NCBI GenBank assembly: GCA_023205875.1
Contig: CP060760.1
Span: 62,001-126,000, forward strand
Reading direction: 5' to 3'
Source of the DNA: Chloropicon primus
Taxonomy: Eukaryota
DNA: 64,000 nt
The position numbers and the translations under genes are program-made. The stretch's first letter is position 1. The number at the start of each line of letters is the position of its first letter. Positions 20,701 to 29,909 of the stretch are shown here, piece after piece. The notes under the pieces are model-generated. The model did not search any database. It saw only the letters and a list, made by a program, of their open reading frames with translations, and had not been told where the DNA came from.

Positions 20701-23700
20701 CACTGCCTTACATGTTGGCAAAGTACTCCAAGCTCTTCACGGTAGTCAACGTGGATGCGACCGAGATCATTGCTGACCACTTCAAAGTCGTGAAAGTCTT
20801 CTTCGACCTGCTTCAACACTACCTGACGAAGCACATGAGCCAGGTGGAAGTCATGTCCAGCAACAGCAAGGACAAGACAAGGTGGGAGACCATTAAGCTT
20901 TGCCTTTTCTCCTTGGCTTGGAGCTTGGAATCTCAGCTCCTTCGTGCAAACCACGGGGAAAAGCAAGGCTTTGAGAGAGAGATCGTGCGGCCCATTGTCG
21001 ACAAGTACATGAGAGACGTGGAACTGGGCATCAAGCTGGACAACATCCTTGATTACGATGTAACGGTCACCAGCAGCGGACACTTCCAACTCTCTCCCAT
21101 TGAAGATCCGACTGCCGTGTACAACGATTCTGAGGGGAATCTCGGGATGGTGGACGGCGTGATCATCACCAACGGGGTTTACCTGCAAAGAAAAATGCTC
21201 CTGCGGTGGATTGACGACTTCAAGTACGATGTCCTGGTCTTGGGGAGCATCAACAGCGCCAAGCGCTTGCTCATGGGCGACATCCGAGCAAAGCACCCCG
21301 GGGTGAGGACGATCCTTTCCAACTCCTTGCACACGTTGTCGAGCCTTGGCCAGCACGCCGGGGACGTTAGGCAGCAAAACAGAGTCGTTTTGATTGAGGA
21401 CCTGCACGTTTCCAGGAACGCCCTAGACTCTGTCGTCGGACAGGAGACTCTGAGGAAGTTCCTGGACGAAAAGAAGCACGGGGTGAAAGTCAATGGCTCG
21501 GAAGGGAAGCACCAGTTTGTCTGCTCCACGTACCCAAAGCACTGCGACGGCCTCCAGTCCAGGTTCTGCTCAGAGAGGCTCTTCCACCACTTCTTCCGGT
21601 TCAACGTGCAGCCTTACAAGATGGTGGACATCTCCAACATTTTCTTGGGGCAGATCCACCTTTCTGTCTGCACCGAGTACGAAATCACGGAGAAAGAGCT
21701 CAAGCAGGGGTGCCAGACCCTGATCCTGTCCTTGATGACCATGACGTTTAACCTGTTCGAGAAGGCCCACGTCGACCTCATTGATCCTGTTTGCATGTCA
21801 CCCAAGATGCTTTCGCAGATGTACAACTACCTTGAGATAAGCGTGCACGACCTCATCGCCTTGGACAAGGCCAAGCTGTCGGACATCAAGGAGTGGGGAA
21901 AGATTCTTGTCGAGAACCTGCACTGCTTGCAGTTTTCGGGCCCGGCTTATGGCACGATCCAGAAGACGGCAGTTGAAATGTGCAACGACCCCATCATGAA
22001 CTTCTTGAGGGATTCCCCGGCAATCTTGAACGTCGCGGATGATGTGCACTCCAAACTGGAGCAGGGCAATGCCCCTCTGCAGAGGAACCCGCTGACCACC
22101 GAGATGATAAGAGACTGCTTGGAGTCGGTGAGCAGGGAGAAGGGTTGGAACCCGTTCAACTCCGCCGAGATTCCGCTGAGAGACTCCATGGAGCTGACCT
22201 TCTGGGGCGAAATGATGAAGAGGGATCTCAAGAGCGTTTGGACTCACATCCACTACAAGAAGTTTGCTCACTGCGTGAAAGTTCTCGTCGTGGAGAGCTC
22301 CGCGGACATCATGTGCCTGGGGAACAGACTGCGCTTGTCGGACGTTGCTGCGTCCCTGACATCTGTTCACAGGCAAGCGATCTTCGTGAGGTTCGAGAAG
22401 GGCTTGGATTGGGAAACCACCCTGGAGCAGACGCACACCACGCCAATCGTCGTTTCCATGGATGAGAACGACGTCGGGAGATCGCAAGCGTTTGAGCTTT
22501 GCTTGCAAAAGCTCGTGGAGGAGCGACCGTACTCCAGCAAGGAATTCTCTGACGGTCAGGTGCAAATCATAGTGCAGTGCAAGCACATGCAATCCTTCCT
22601 GAGAAAGCTGTCACTCCACTCCCCCCTGCTCTTGAGGTATGCGGAGACGTGCACGTTGCAACAAAACGTGGAGCACGCGGGAGACCTCGTGCGCTCTGTC
22701 GCGGAAGCGATCTTCGACAAGACCCTTCTTCAGATCTGCGGAAGCTTCGATGTAACGGTCGACATCACCCCGGAGACCAAGGAGGCTATCATCGCCAGCG
22801 TCCTGGGAATGTATGAGCGTTCCCTGCAGTGGCACACCAGGAAGCAGAACGAGATCACCAAAGAGACCCCGTCGCACCACACGACGAATCCTCTTGGCCA
22901 CATCTTTGAGCACGTTTACATCTCCGCCTGGCTCCTCGCAAACTGCTGGTACAGCAACAAGGAGGCGAGAACTGTGGTGACTCAGCAGTTGTCAGCCTTG
23001 TCCAGCCTTGATTCTGCTCTGGAAACCGCCACGTTGCAGTACAACGAGGTGCAGCAAGAGTTCGAGATGACCTTGGACAGGACGTCTTCCCTCCTTTTGA
23101 GCATCGCCCAGCAGAAGCACATCATCGAAAAGAGGGAGTTCGACCACGCCGCGGAGGAGTTCTCGCTAAAGAGTCGGGCGAAGAAGCTCGAGCTGGGAAA
23201 GAAGAAAGCGCAATTGAAGATAGAGACTTCGTACCAGAGCTTTCTGAAAGGAGTGGAAAGCGTTCTGCAAGTGTCAGAGATGGAGATCGAGGATGTCCGG
23301 ATGAACAACAAGCCCCCGAAGCTCGTTCAGAGGCTCGCGAGAGCTTGCGCCTACATCTTGGCGCTCAACCACCCCAACACAAAAGATCAGGTGGCAAAAA
23401 CGAAAGCGATGGATTGGTCCGAGCTGAACACGAACCTGTTCTCGAGGATAAGGGTGTACGACAACACTGTGGAGTCGAGAATATCCTTCTTCAAGCGAGA
23501 GATCGACACGTTTCCCATAGACGAAATTTTGGAAAAGGTTCGCACCCAGCACGTGAACGTGCAGGAGGCTTTGGACGAACTGAACAGCCTCTTGCTGCTC
23601 CCAGATTTCAAGCTTCACAGGGTGGAGCAAGTGTCCAAAGCGCTGAAACCGTTGTGTGCTTGGATTCTTGCTGTGTACGAGCACATCAAGGAGTCTCTTG

Positions 23701-26700
23701 AGCTTGATCATTTGGAGATCGAGCACAACAGGTGCCAGACGGAGATGAAGATGTTCCAGAACCTGAACGCGCTCAAGGAGAAGGATGAAGTCCAGAGATT
23801 GAAGAGGCAGCTGCTGAACCTGAAGAAGAACTACGAAATCTGCAGCGAGAATTTCACGGCGCTTGAGCAAAGAAAAAGGAACCTGGAGTACTACATCGAG
23901 ACGTGCAAGCTTCTGATCGAGAAGGTGCGGCCGTGGAGGTCGTACTGCGAAGCGGCTCTTGACAAGCTGGACCAGAACAAGGAGGTCCTTAGCTTTGAGA
24001 TTGTTGCAGCTGGAAGCATTGTTGTCTACGCCTCTTCCCTCGATAAAAAGGAAAGAGATCACCTGAAGAAGTGCTGGGGTGAAGAAGCCTTTGCCCAGAT
24101 CCTCGAGTTGTGCAAGGTCGGCGAGGATAACGTCGTGGAGGCGCCCACTACCGCGCTTTCTTTTGACTTGCACGATTTCCTTCGCAGGAACTTCACGCAC
24201 GAGTGGTTCCTCGACGAAGAGGTCAACATTTTCAAGGTGTTAGACATCTGCAACCAGAGCACGCTGCACCTGGGATCCCAGACGCACTTTGCGGAGAGCA
24301 TCGGCATTGCATGGCTTGCGTGGAAGTCCTTGGGCAAGACCTGCCTCTTCATCGACCCGGAGGAAATCTGCCAGATGTACGTCAACGCGTGGGAAGCGTC
24401 TCAGGGGAAGATAAAAAACAAAGCCAAGGAGCTCGTGTCGTTCTCTTGCGTCAAGATTGAGGATGTCTTGAACGCTCAAGATTCTGACTCTGGTGACGCG
24501 AAGCCAGGCCTCCGCGAGAGCAGTGGCGAGGCCCTCGTGTACGCCCAATCCACGCTGTTTCCCCACGAGAGCCATTCAGAAGAGGACAGGCTGTTTGCTA
24601 AAGTGCACATCATTGATCTGACGCTCAAGGAGCCCAACCAGGTGCACCAGAACATCTGCATCCTGATGTCGAGGTTCTTCGGCAAGACTCTGCATCCGTT
24701 GGTGTGCCCCGAGAAGCCTCAGCTTGCCATCCAAGAAATGCAGGACGAGTTGCAGATTCTCCTACTGAACTTGAGTGACAACAAGACGAAGCTGTGCAAG
24801 ACTTTCACGGACAGCGCGTACAAGGAATTCATTTCCCAGAAGGATTCAGACCTCACGATAGATCTTGGCAAGCTCCAGCTTCTCAAGACGGGTATCTCTG
24901 CCCAGCTGGAAGATTACGAGAGCCTGTCGAACCACTGGAAGAGTCAGCAAGATCTCATTGTCAACTATTTTGGTACGATTCCAGACTCGGTCAAGGTGTT
25001 TGCAAAGTGCCTTTCGACTTTGTTCTCTGCCAGCAGCGTGGCGTGGGGTTACTTCCATGGCTGCCCCCTGAACCTGTTCATCAATGTTCTGGAAAGAAAG
25101 ATGTACAGCGCGTTGCCCGTGGCGATCAAGGAATCAGGCGAAGAAGTGAGGAAGCAGTTTCTGTCGAGCCATCGTTTCCAAAAGCAAATTGTGCGCTCGA
25201 TGTTCGACCTTCTCGTGACGCGGAGATACATGGCATCCGACTGGATCTTGAAGACCATGCACTTGGCCTTCCACTTTGAGTTCCTAGGGGAATCGAGGCC
25301 TCGCCAGCCGGGCAGAGGCCTGCAAGAGGAGGAGTGGGGCTACTTCCTCGAGCACTTTCTGCAGCAATGCCTTTCCGCCGAAGGGATCGACAGGCGGGTT
25401 GACATCTCGCTCAATACCTCGGGCAAGGGCTGGAACAAGAAGATCCTGAAGGTCATTCGGGCTTTCCAAAAGCACTACTCGGGCGGCGGCAGTTACGACG
25501 TCGTGGAATCTATCTTCGGCAACATCAAGGAGCTTGGCATGGAGATCGGCATGGAGGACGTCCTCGGCAACCTGGATCAGTGCATCGACGCGATGGATTC
25601 GAGGGCTGACCTGACGTACTGGAGGTTCGCGGTGGTTCTGTTCATGGCGGCGTCCTCTCACCGGGAGGAGGAGCTCGTGGCCTTGTGGCTCATCAAGCAG
25701 ATCATCGCTATGGACTTCACGTCGTCTACCGCGACGCAGGCAAGCGATCTGGCGGAGCAGATCGAATTGCTCGACAACAGGATTCCTCTGCTTTTGGCCA
25801 GCACCACCTCGAGCGCCCTCCAGCTGGTGGAGCAAGCTGCGCTCCGGTACTCCATGAGCTTCCAGAAGGTTTCGGATGGCAAGATGAAGACTAAGAACAT
25901 CTGGCAAGTCGTCGCCCAGAAGAGCATGAGGAGCAAAAAGTTGCACACCCAGGAAGTTAGTTTTGTCAGCATCTACCACTTGTACTCCCTGGAGGACGAG
26001 GCCCTGGACAAGTTCCTGTTCAAGCACGTGGAGGACGGGGACTGGCTCGTGCTCGTGGACGTTGACATCGAGAACAAGAGGCACAAGCGGATCTGCAAGA
26101 TGTTCCAAGAGATCCTGGCGCCTCAGCTCTTCTTGAGTCCTCCAAAGTCCCGCTTCAAGCTGATCCTGTGCATGAACAGCTACGAGACCTTCAACCCCTT
26201 CATCCACTCGATCTCAACGGTCGTGGCAAGCAAGCCTAACGCCAGCAAGACCTTGGACATCTCCTTCTTTGCGTGCAAGTGCCTGCCGTACATGTGCTCC
26301 AGAGCGCTCTGGCAGGGAGGGGAGGTGGTCGGCATCCACGACAAGGCCTCGATCACGAGCCCTTCGATGCTGTCGGGAGAGGTCCTGGAGCTCTTCGAAG
26401 CGTACCAGTCGTACGCCGAGCGCTGCTTGCACGAGGCGGCCAAGGAAATCACGCACGAGGAGGACAGGCTGAAGCTGCAGCAGACGACTCCCACGCTTCT
26501 CACGGAGGAGAGCGAGCTCGGAGCTGCGTGGAGAGGTTATGCCATTATCATTGCTCTGGTGCAGAGGCTTGTGGTGGACAGGCAAATGATTGGCTGCGGC
26601 GTCCCCAAAGGAAAACGCCACATGTACCCGTCCCATTTCGAGTTCATCGCGGGAGTCCAGGCGATCAAGAACTGGCTGGACGTCCTCATGAAAGCAGGCG

Positions 26701-28259
26701 AGTCCATGGAGATCTCGACCTCGACCTTGGCCCTGGACAGAATTCTCGGCGCCGAGAGGATCAAGAAGATCTCGAGCGGCATCATTGGCTCGGTGTACGG
26801 TCCGCTCTACGGCTGTGTCCTGTTCAGCGACAACCCGGAGGAGAAGAATAAGGTGATTTACAACACCGAGGACTTCCACATGATATTCTGGTCCGCGATG
26901 TACAGCCGTTACTTCACGTACGATATTCTGAAGCCGAGCTTCATGTACAAGCTGGCCACGGTCGGGTCCATGCTCACCAAGCCAAAGGAAGGGGACGAGT
27001 ACTACACGAGCCAGCAGACGTACCCAGTGAGGGCCATGGCAAAGGCCGGGAACTCGCTGGTGGCGATTGGGGACTTCGTGGGCACTGTTCTGGCACTGCC
27101 CGCGGACAGCCTTTCTTCCATCTCTGACCTGTCCTCGGTCGCGATAGGCCAAGTCACTTTCTTCAAGAGGAACCAGGACTACTCGCAGGAGTTGCTGTCC
27201 TTGCAGCACCTGCTGCTTCACAGGACCGTCCTCCCCACTCTCGAGATGGTGCACGATCTGAACGCCAAGATGGAGGGCATGATCGACCAGTGCAAGAGGC
27301 TGCACGCCAAGGTTCAGGGCGGGCACACCTTCCTGCGAGGAATTCCGCACAAGAGCAAGCTGATTTCTTCCCTTTCCGAGTTCCTGAGGTCCGAGCTTGA
27401 GGCCATGCTGAGCCTTCTCTTCCGGGTGCTGACCGACCTCAGCAAGGCCGTGAGGTTCCTGGGCCTTCTCAGGAACTACGAGGTGGATGTCCCACCGAGC
27501 AGCTCGGAGATGAACCTCCTGCTGTGCATCTTCATGAACTACGTGCCGAACAAGTGGAAGCTCTCGAAGCACGACTCGGACACGCGCCAGCACAACTTCT
27601 CGTACAGCAGCCTGAGCTCGTGGAGGTCCCACGTCGAGCACAACGTGGAGTTCATCTTCTCGATCTGCGACGAGGTCGAGCAAGGCAAGCCAAAGCTAAC
27701 CTTCGACCTGAGGAGGGTCTTGAACCCAAGGCTCTTCTTCGACACTCTCAGGGTCGGCTTCTGCATGAACAACCAGACCCAGTACCCGTCCCTGAAGTAC
27801 GACTTTGTGAGCGAGAAGGTCTACGCCTCGTCCCCCGACATCACGAGAGGGGCCGCCGCGAGGGATTACCCGGACATCGTCATTATGGGCCTCTCCGTCT
27901 CCAACGCCATCTGGAACGAGAACACCCAGCAGCTCCAGGACATCCGCATGCAACTGGACCAGTCGGAGGCGGGCAAGGACCACCTGCCGGAGCACGTGCA
28001 GTGCAGCAGGCTGCTGCCGCCCTTCGTGATCTCCCCCTCCGTGGGAGAGGGGGACAAGGTCGATCTTCCAGCGAACATCTTGTTCCACAAGAGCTTGCTG
28101 ACGGAGGAGTACTGCGACCTGCCCTTGGTGGCGTCCTGCATCAGCGAGGACCTGCAGAACCACACGGACCACCTCATCTGCACCTTGAGGCTGCCGAGCA
28201 GGAGGTCCACCTCCTACTGGCTCAGGAAGGGCACGACCGCCTTCCTCCACAGGAGCTAG
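14706..28259 (+). CDS. Highly divergent dynein heavy chain-like protein (~4,517 aa, single exon)
   Basis: Linker motifs REAYPRLYF, FSWQKFVRYYW and FEYGFEYLG; P-loop GSPGSGKS in AAA2; stalk/MTBD KPPKLVQRL...VSKALKPLCAWILA; C-domain VPNKW...GLSVSNAIW...YWLRKG. Confidence 0.9.
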   Translation: MDPLKENESRGSGIPRLDRYKPSQPAEEEAGGPGVLGVIKSKSKSGQFFRVPRPPAKGKPSALPERKDTSSRRDPYESHTVKVQIGVTTGVELVMLLGESHQGTDELSHHVYYFVESEPANVILRNPYELVLVTKVDCEGKDFFTITKSGVTEFSRKNGTETTPLLDWLKFRNMFNMINKDPFRFPLMKAFKIYKAFYAWKCAARIWKMESAREKLKVNLFLLNPTFNPALLHVQEVVLSCGLENVVDHADPEASPRKKKGDQRLLSAFGSAIEVFQSKTRLEGGSGHMESLSKRLHQCFIEVNRQIGELQAHIQMIVNTVCHEFSDIQFSSDKEQDWMDKISDVDMTVRDIKFMFPQRSPNRNQNTFLNENIVEIFSKSQNQQKIIISFVRLVEVIIASAIAETMKETTEQIHSMILSENRSIVTLKTQYGAEGVSIMPPVRGLTKFFTKSFRDMADVSVKLKRPLVFPLTKNNEVPPQFQRKNFVALKDLVDGFGINIERAGGQAEAHIVSQFEALVEVNSRLLSIPQSEEFKEAMNEARYISSGRVEELKLNPRTFSKNLIVIRDWLDLIDGTMTESQVNPLLLDLSDLKTNLQEDLTAAYNLFVERLHGCLEYHGRHILDEMVYNSYDIKTLSDDLQLFVDECVRVEQDAYSTEDRVNIIGSFFDSLRKVLKYVDKSDSFNQRLEENFSTAEVLMNEVERLLRNKIQVSNATQIKKSWDKFLDEKANYLRTLRTLSTDIVNHCQVYINQLLLTVDCFCDEIQAIEGKLSSDDSFDTSEDMKDSMQKHVSFQLMKIETEIKKKGETSDNLQDMLKWWINTQAMLQTLNPGGNTADIWQRNEAIRAAKERGKSLFEHVNSVFHWKKKFWLSDILIWMEVYERLTTIRPFSSDLSQETLAEVNSAVNGHIEILNERLDWANKSNFVCKETSLIKEIVQAGEAWINTLNTFNEMISNPNHPSSVQLRHRLTVEMKRKGKSLLECTLADIHGRSASGFSLEKNQVKQEEDNYGKALFDLFHVERQMRGTYFMINSRVSSNGSIHLITNFMEIFQAIEKAEQVIVNTSALAESLKAVDMGENTKELHIEMNRVSDMVQGIRYGTEILYQAQSYYLLFSRLSASVTFFKCAGLGYVNDCIYIKQRWQDEIIGPLTSQKQISILSASHEMDIMLSNAKSPATDVLEALHELYNTIVEADILLVAREAYPRLYFIPDSILLHSLAYEDDPQKLLKKFFMLCYSGVARLDVEESEIVMEGTKNQPLEIQEKHIVAIYGEQGERIPLGEPLLFSHVEGGGILSKTPQTKSESKPDELTVWAVKLEDEIKETMKVSLAECNDKLTELEIDEWIDSFPLQSIWLTNEIMWVKHVESHLPANKGELAKLGEQMSKKVNHLSNRLVQLYPVAHEFQLKIKKIESLIYSGICHRDIAQHLSASRIEDVSDFSWQKFVRYYWNKDKRCCYVACGFSMDNEGTGFEYGFEYLGDNFTSHMFNQGLSMSSNAVLGLAHATFGTSCVTPVSQVVGAGIQNEAIKAMAVICGKHLVVQDASRVVTNDSKDSWEKFFLACRKSKSWMQLIGVDWFDFALVSKMMVALDEVRMKLSSDLVLSKDYSSVRYFVSTDQRYEARYRSHSSPLEKVARKVCVMDWSFQVAFEAAIELKLRSCGQRDDTNIAKELSMVISSIVRMMQKYMRKGVGMNSVLTISKQIVHQVKTHDMDFGNCRFVILNALKKGLGQFLSKSREAQVEELYWQLLAGHRDTFGEEEALANFDLDTETDLDLNQYLHKDQLKKGYAYYSDSLKQKCLQMLDAISEDKKSILVAGSPGSGKSALIKAVFEAFETKLMKNKNAVRRIYTEADLEDINFLVSNHLLIGAREAHRLKLLLVDVKISGGTEDAKGQKERNVDQNIILDGILTNQATMKALKEKDSAELEGYSNIPRLIVECISLENVSPALLTSVHMVHCGHAELLSLGKFWECSLEAFEAHFKGTPIVEVVGVHKMLKGIPLPYMLAKYSKLFTVVNVDATEIIADHFKVVKVFFDLLQHYLTKHMSQVEVMSSNSKDKTRWETIKLCLFSLAWSLESQLLRANHGEKQGFEREIVRPIVDKYMRDVELGIKLDNILDYDVTVTSSGHFQLSPIEDPTAVYNDSEGNLGMVDGVIITNGVYLQRKMLLRWIDDFKYDVLVLGSINSAKRLLMGDIRAKHPGVRTILSNSLHTLSSLGQHAGDVRQQNRVVLIEDLHVSRNALDSVVGQETLRKFLDEKKHGVKVNGSEGKHQFVCSTYPKHCDGLQSRFCSERLFHHFFRFNVQPYKMVDISNIFLGQIHLSVCTEYEITEKELKQGCQTLILSLMTMTFNLFEKAHVDLIDPVCMSPKMLSQMYNYLEISVHDLIALDKAKLSDIKEWGKILVENLHCLQFSGPAYGTIQKTAVEMCNDPIMNFLRDSPAILNVADDVHSKLEQGNAPLQRNPLTTEMIRDCLESVSREKGWNPFNSAEIPLRDSMELTFWGEMMKRDLKSVWTHIHYKKFAHCVKVLVVESSADIMCLGNRLRLSDVAASLTSVHRQAIFVRFEKGLDWETTLEQTHTTPIVVSMDENDVGRSQAFELCLQKLVEERPYSSKEFSDGQVQIIVQCKHMQSFLRKLSLHSPLLLRYAETCTLQQNVEHAGDLVRSVAEAIFDKTLLQICGSFDVTVDITPETKEAIIASVLGMYERSLQWHTRKQNEITKETPSHHTTNPLGHIFEHVYISAWLLANCWYSNKEARTVVTQQLSALSSLDSALETATLQYNEVQQEFEMTLDRTSSLLLSIAQQKHIIEKREFDHAAEEFSLKSRAKKLELGKKKAQLKIETSYQSFLKGVESVLQVSEMEIEDVRMNNKPPKLVQRLARACAYILALNHPNTKDQVAKTKAMDWSELNTNLFSRIRVYDNTVESRISFFKREIDTFPIDEILEKVRTQHVNVQEALDELNSLLLLPDFKLHRVEQVSKALKPLCAWILAVYEHIKESLELDHLEIEHNRCQTEMKMFQNLNALKEKDEVQRLKRQLLNLKKNYEICSENFTALEQRKRNLEYYIETCKLLIEKVRPWRSYCEAALDKLDQNKEVLSFEIVAAGSIVVYASSLDKKERDHLKKCWGEEAFAQILELCKVGEDNVVEAPTTALSFDLHDFLRRNFTHEWFLDEEVNIFKVLDICNQSTLHLGSQTHFAESIGIAWLAWKSLGKTCLFIDPEEICQMYVNAWEASQGKIKNKAKELVSFSCVKIEDVLNAQDSDSGDAKPGLRESSGEALVYAQSTLFPHESHSEEDRLFAKVHIIDLTLKEPNQVHQNICILMSRFFGKTLHPLVCPEKPQLAIQEMQDELQILLLNLSDNKTKLCKTFTDSAYKEFISQKDSDLTIDLGKLQLLKTGISAQLEDYESLSNHWKSQQDLIVNYFGTIPDSVKVFAKCLSTLFSASSVAWGYFHGCPLNLFINVLERKMYSALPVAIKESGEEVRKQFLSSHRFQKQIVRSMFDLLVTRRYMASDWILKTMHLAFHFEFLGESRPRQPGRGLQEEEWGYFLEHFLQQCLSAEGIDRRVDISLNTSGKGWNKKILKVIRAFQKHYSGGGSYDVVESIFGNIKELGMEIGMEDVLGNLDQCIDAMDSRADLTYWRFAVVLFMAASSHREEELVALWLIKQIIAMDFTSSTATQASDLAEQIELLDNRIPLLLASTTSSALQLVEQAALRYSMSFQKVSDGKMKTKNIWQVVAQKSMRSKKLHTQEVSFVSIYHLYSLEDEALDKFLFKHVEDGDWLVLVDVDIENKRHKRICKMFQEILAPQLFLSPPKSRFKLILCMNSYETFNPFIHSISTVVASKPNASKTLDISFFACKCLPYMCSRALWQGGEVVGIHDKASITSPSMLSGEVLELFEAYQSYAERCLHEAAKEITHEEDRLKLQQTTPTLLTEESELGAAWRGYAIIIALVQRLVVDRQMIGCGVPKGKRHMYPSHFEFIAGVQAIKNWLDVLMKAGESMEISTSTLALDRILGAERIKKISSGIIGSVYGPLYGCVLFSDNPEEKNKVIYNTEDFHMIFWSAMYSRYFTYDILKPSFMYKLATVGSMLTKPKEGDEYYTSQQTYPVRAMAKAGNSLVAIGDFVGTVLALPADSLSSISDLSSVAIGQVTFFKRNQDYSQELLSLQHLLLHRTVLPTLEMVHDLNAKMEGMIDQCKRLHAKVQGGHTFLRGIPHKSKLISSLSEFLRSELEAMLSLLFRVLTDLSKAVRFLGLLRNYEVDVPPSSSEMNLLLCIFMNYVPNKWKLSKHDSDTRQHNFSYSSLSSWRSHVEHNVEFIFSICDEVEQGKPKLTFDLRRVLNPRLFFDTLRVGFCMNNQTQYPSLKYDFVSEKVYASSPDITRGAAARDYPDIVIMGLSVSNAIWNENTQQLQDIRMQLDQSEAGKDHLPEHVQCSRLLPPFVISPSVGEGDKVDLPANILFHKSLLTEEYCDLPLVASCISEDLQNHTDHLICTLRLPSRRSTSYWLRKGTTAFLHRS

Positions 28260-28596
28260 GACAAAGCATTGTATCAATAACCAATAACAATAACGCTTCA
28301 CTATGTATCATAATCATGAAAACAAGCCTTTGTAACAATAGTAACCGGCACACGTTTGGATGCTTCGATGATTCACCGAGGGGAGGACGCATCCTTCGAA
28401 AAAGAAAAAGAAAAAAGATGTCGACCTTGCCTCATTGCAGTACCTCTGGCCCCGGTCCCGACTCCCGACTCCACTCCACCTTGGGCCTCCTCAAGTCCAT
28501 CGATGAGGAGGAGGAGTTTCCCAGAGCCTGTCGACAGAGGCGGCGGAGGCGAGGCGGAGGAGGAACGGAACGGAACGGAGCGCAGAGGTCGTAACG

Positions 28597-29844
28597 ATGG
28601 CGGAAGGAGGAGCGGGTGCGACGGCGCAGGGCGAAGAACGCAAGATTCCCGTGACGATCATCACGGGCTTCCTTGGAAGTGGGAAGACAACTTTGCTCAA
28701 CTGGATCCTCAGCAGCAAGGAGCACGGCAAGAGGATTGCCATCATAGAGAACGAGTTCGGGGAGGTGTCGATCGACGACGCGATCGTGGTGGAGAGGACG
28801 AGCGAGGAGATCGTAACGCTTGACAATGGTTGCGTGTGCTGCACCGTTAGAGGGGACCTCGTCAAGTCGTTGCACGGTCTCTTGGAGAGGAGGGACAATT
28901 TTGATTACATCATCGTCGAGACGACTGGCTTGGCGGACCCCACGCCTGTTGCGATCACGTTCCAGTTCGACGAGAAGGTGCGCAGCATGACGCAGATGGA
29001 CTCCGTGGTGACGGTCGTCGATGCCGCGCACGTTTTGAGGCACTTGAAGGACAAGGCGGTGGAGGAAGGGAAGGTGAACATCTCGGTCCAGCAGGTTGCT
29101 TTTGCTGACAAGATTCTCCTGAACAAGACGGACCTGGTGGACCCGGCGAAGCTCAAGGAGGTCAAGGAGGAGATCAGGCTGATCAACGGGGTGGCCAAGA
29201 TCATCGAGACCCAGTACTCGAAGGCCGACTTGGACGAGGTGCTTGACGTGAGGGGCTTTGACATTGGAAAGCTGAACGACTTCGAGGTGGAGGAGAAGGA
29301 CGACCACCACCACCACCACGACCACAAGCACCACCACCACGACCACGAGTGCGGGGAGGACTGCGACCACGACCACCACGACCACAAGCATCATGACCAC
29401 GACCACAAGCATCACGACCACGACCACAAGCACCACGACCACGACCACGAGTGCGGGGAGGACTGCGACCACGACCACCACAAGCATGACCACGAGCATA
29501 AGAAGAAGAAGAGCAGGCACGACAGCGGAGTGTCTAGCGTGGGTTTGGAGGTTGAGGGCGTCCTTGACATCATCCAGCTGAACCAGTGGCTTGGAAGCTT
29601 CCTCATGACGAGGGGCGATGACATATACAGAAGCAAGGGCATTCTCGCTATCGAAGGCACGGACGACAAGTTTGTCTTCCAGGGGGTTCACATGATGACC
29701 ACGATGGCGACCAGCGCGAACACTCCAGGCATCCAGCCCTGGGGGGAGAACGAGAAGAGGATCAACAAGATGGTCTTCATCGGGAAAAACTTGGACAGGG
29801 AGGACATCACGAAGAACTTCATGGCCTGCCTCGTGAAGCAGTAA
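28597..29844 (+). CDS. COG0523/CobW (ZNG1-like) G3E GTPase metallochaperone
   Basis: GFLGSGKTT, ENEFG, GCVCC, ETTGLADP and NKTD, followed by a His-rich linker and a CobW_C domain (IYRSKG, VFQGVH). Confidence 0.95.
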   Translation: MAEGGAGATAQGEERKIPVTIITGFLGSGKTTLLNWILSSKEHGKRIAIIENEFGEVSIDDAIVVERTSEEIVTLDNGCVCCTVRGDLVKSLHGLLERRDNFDYIIVETTGLADPTPVAITFQFDEKVRSMTQMDSVVTVVDAAHVLRHLKDKAVEEGKVNISVQQVAFADKILLNKTDLVDPAKLKEVKEEIRLINGVAKIIETQYSKADLDEVLDVRGFDIGKLNDFEVEEKDDHHHHHDHKHHHHDHECGEDCDHDHHDHKHHDHDHKHHDHDHKHHDHDHECGEDCDHDHHKHDHEHKKKKSRHDSGVSSVGLEVEGVLDIIQLNQWLGSFLMTRGDDIYRSKGILAIEGTDDKFVFQGVHMMTTMATSANTPGIQPWGENEKRINKMVFIGKNLDREDITKNFMACLVKQ

Positions 29845-29909
29845 GAATTTACAGTGTGTCTCTTTAGTCTTTTACCTTTTTTTTTGGCGCTCGCCCCCCA
29901 CTCGTGCGA

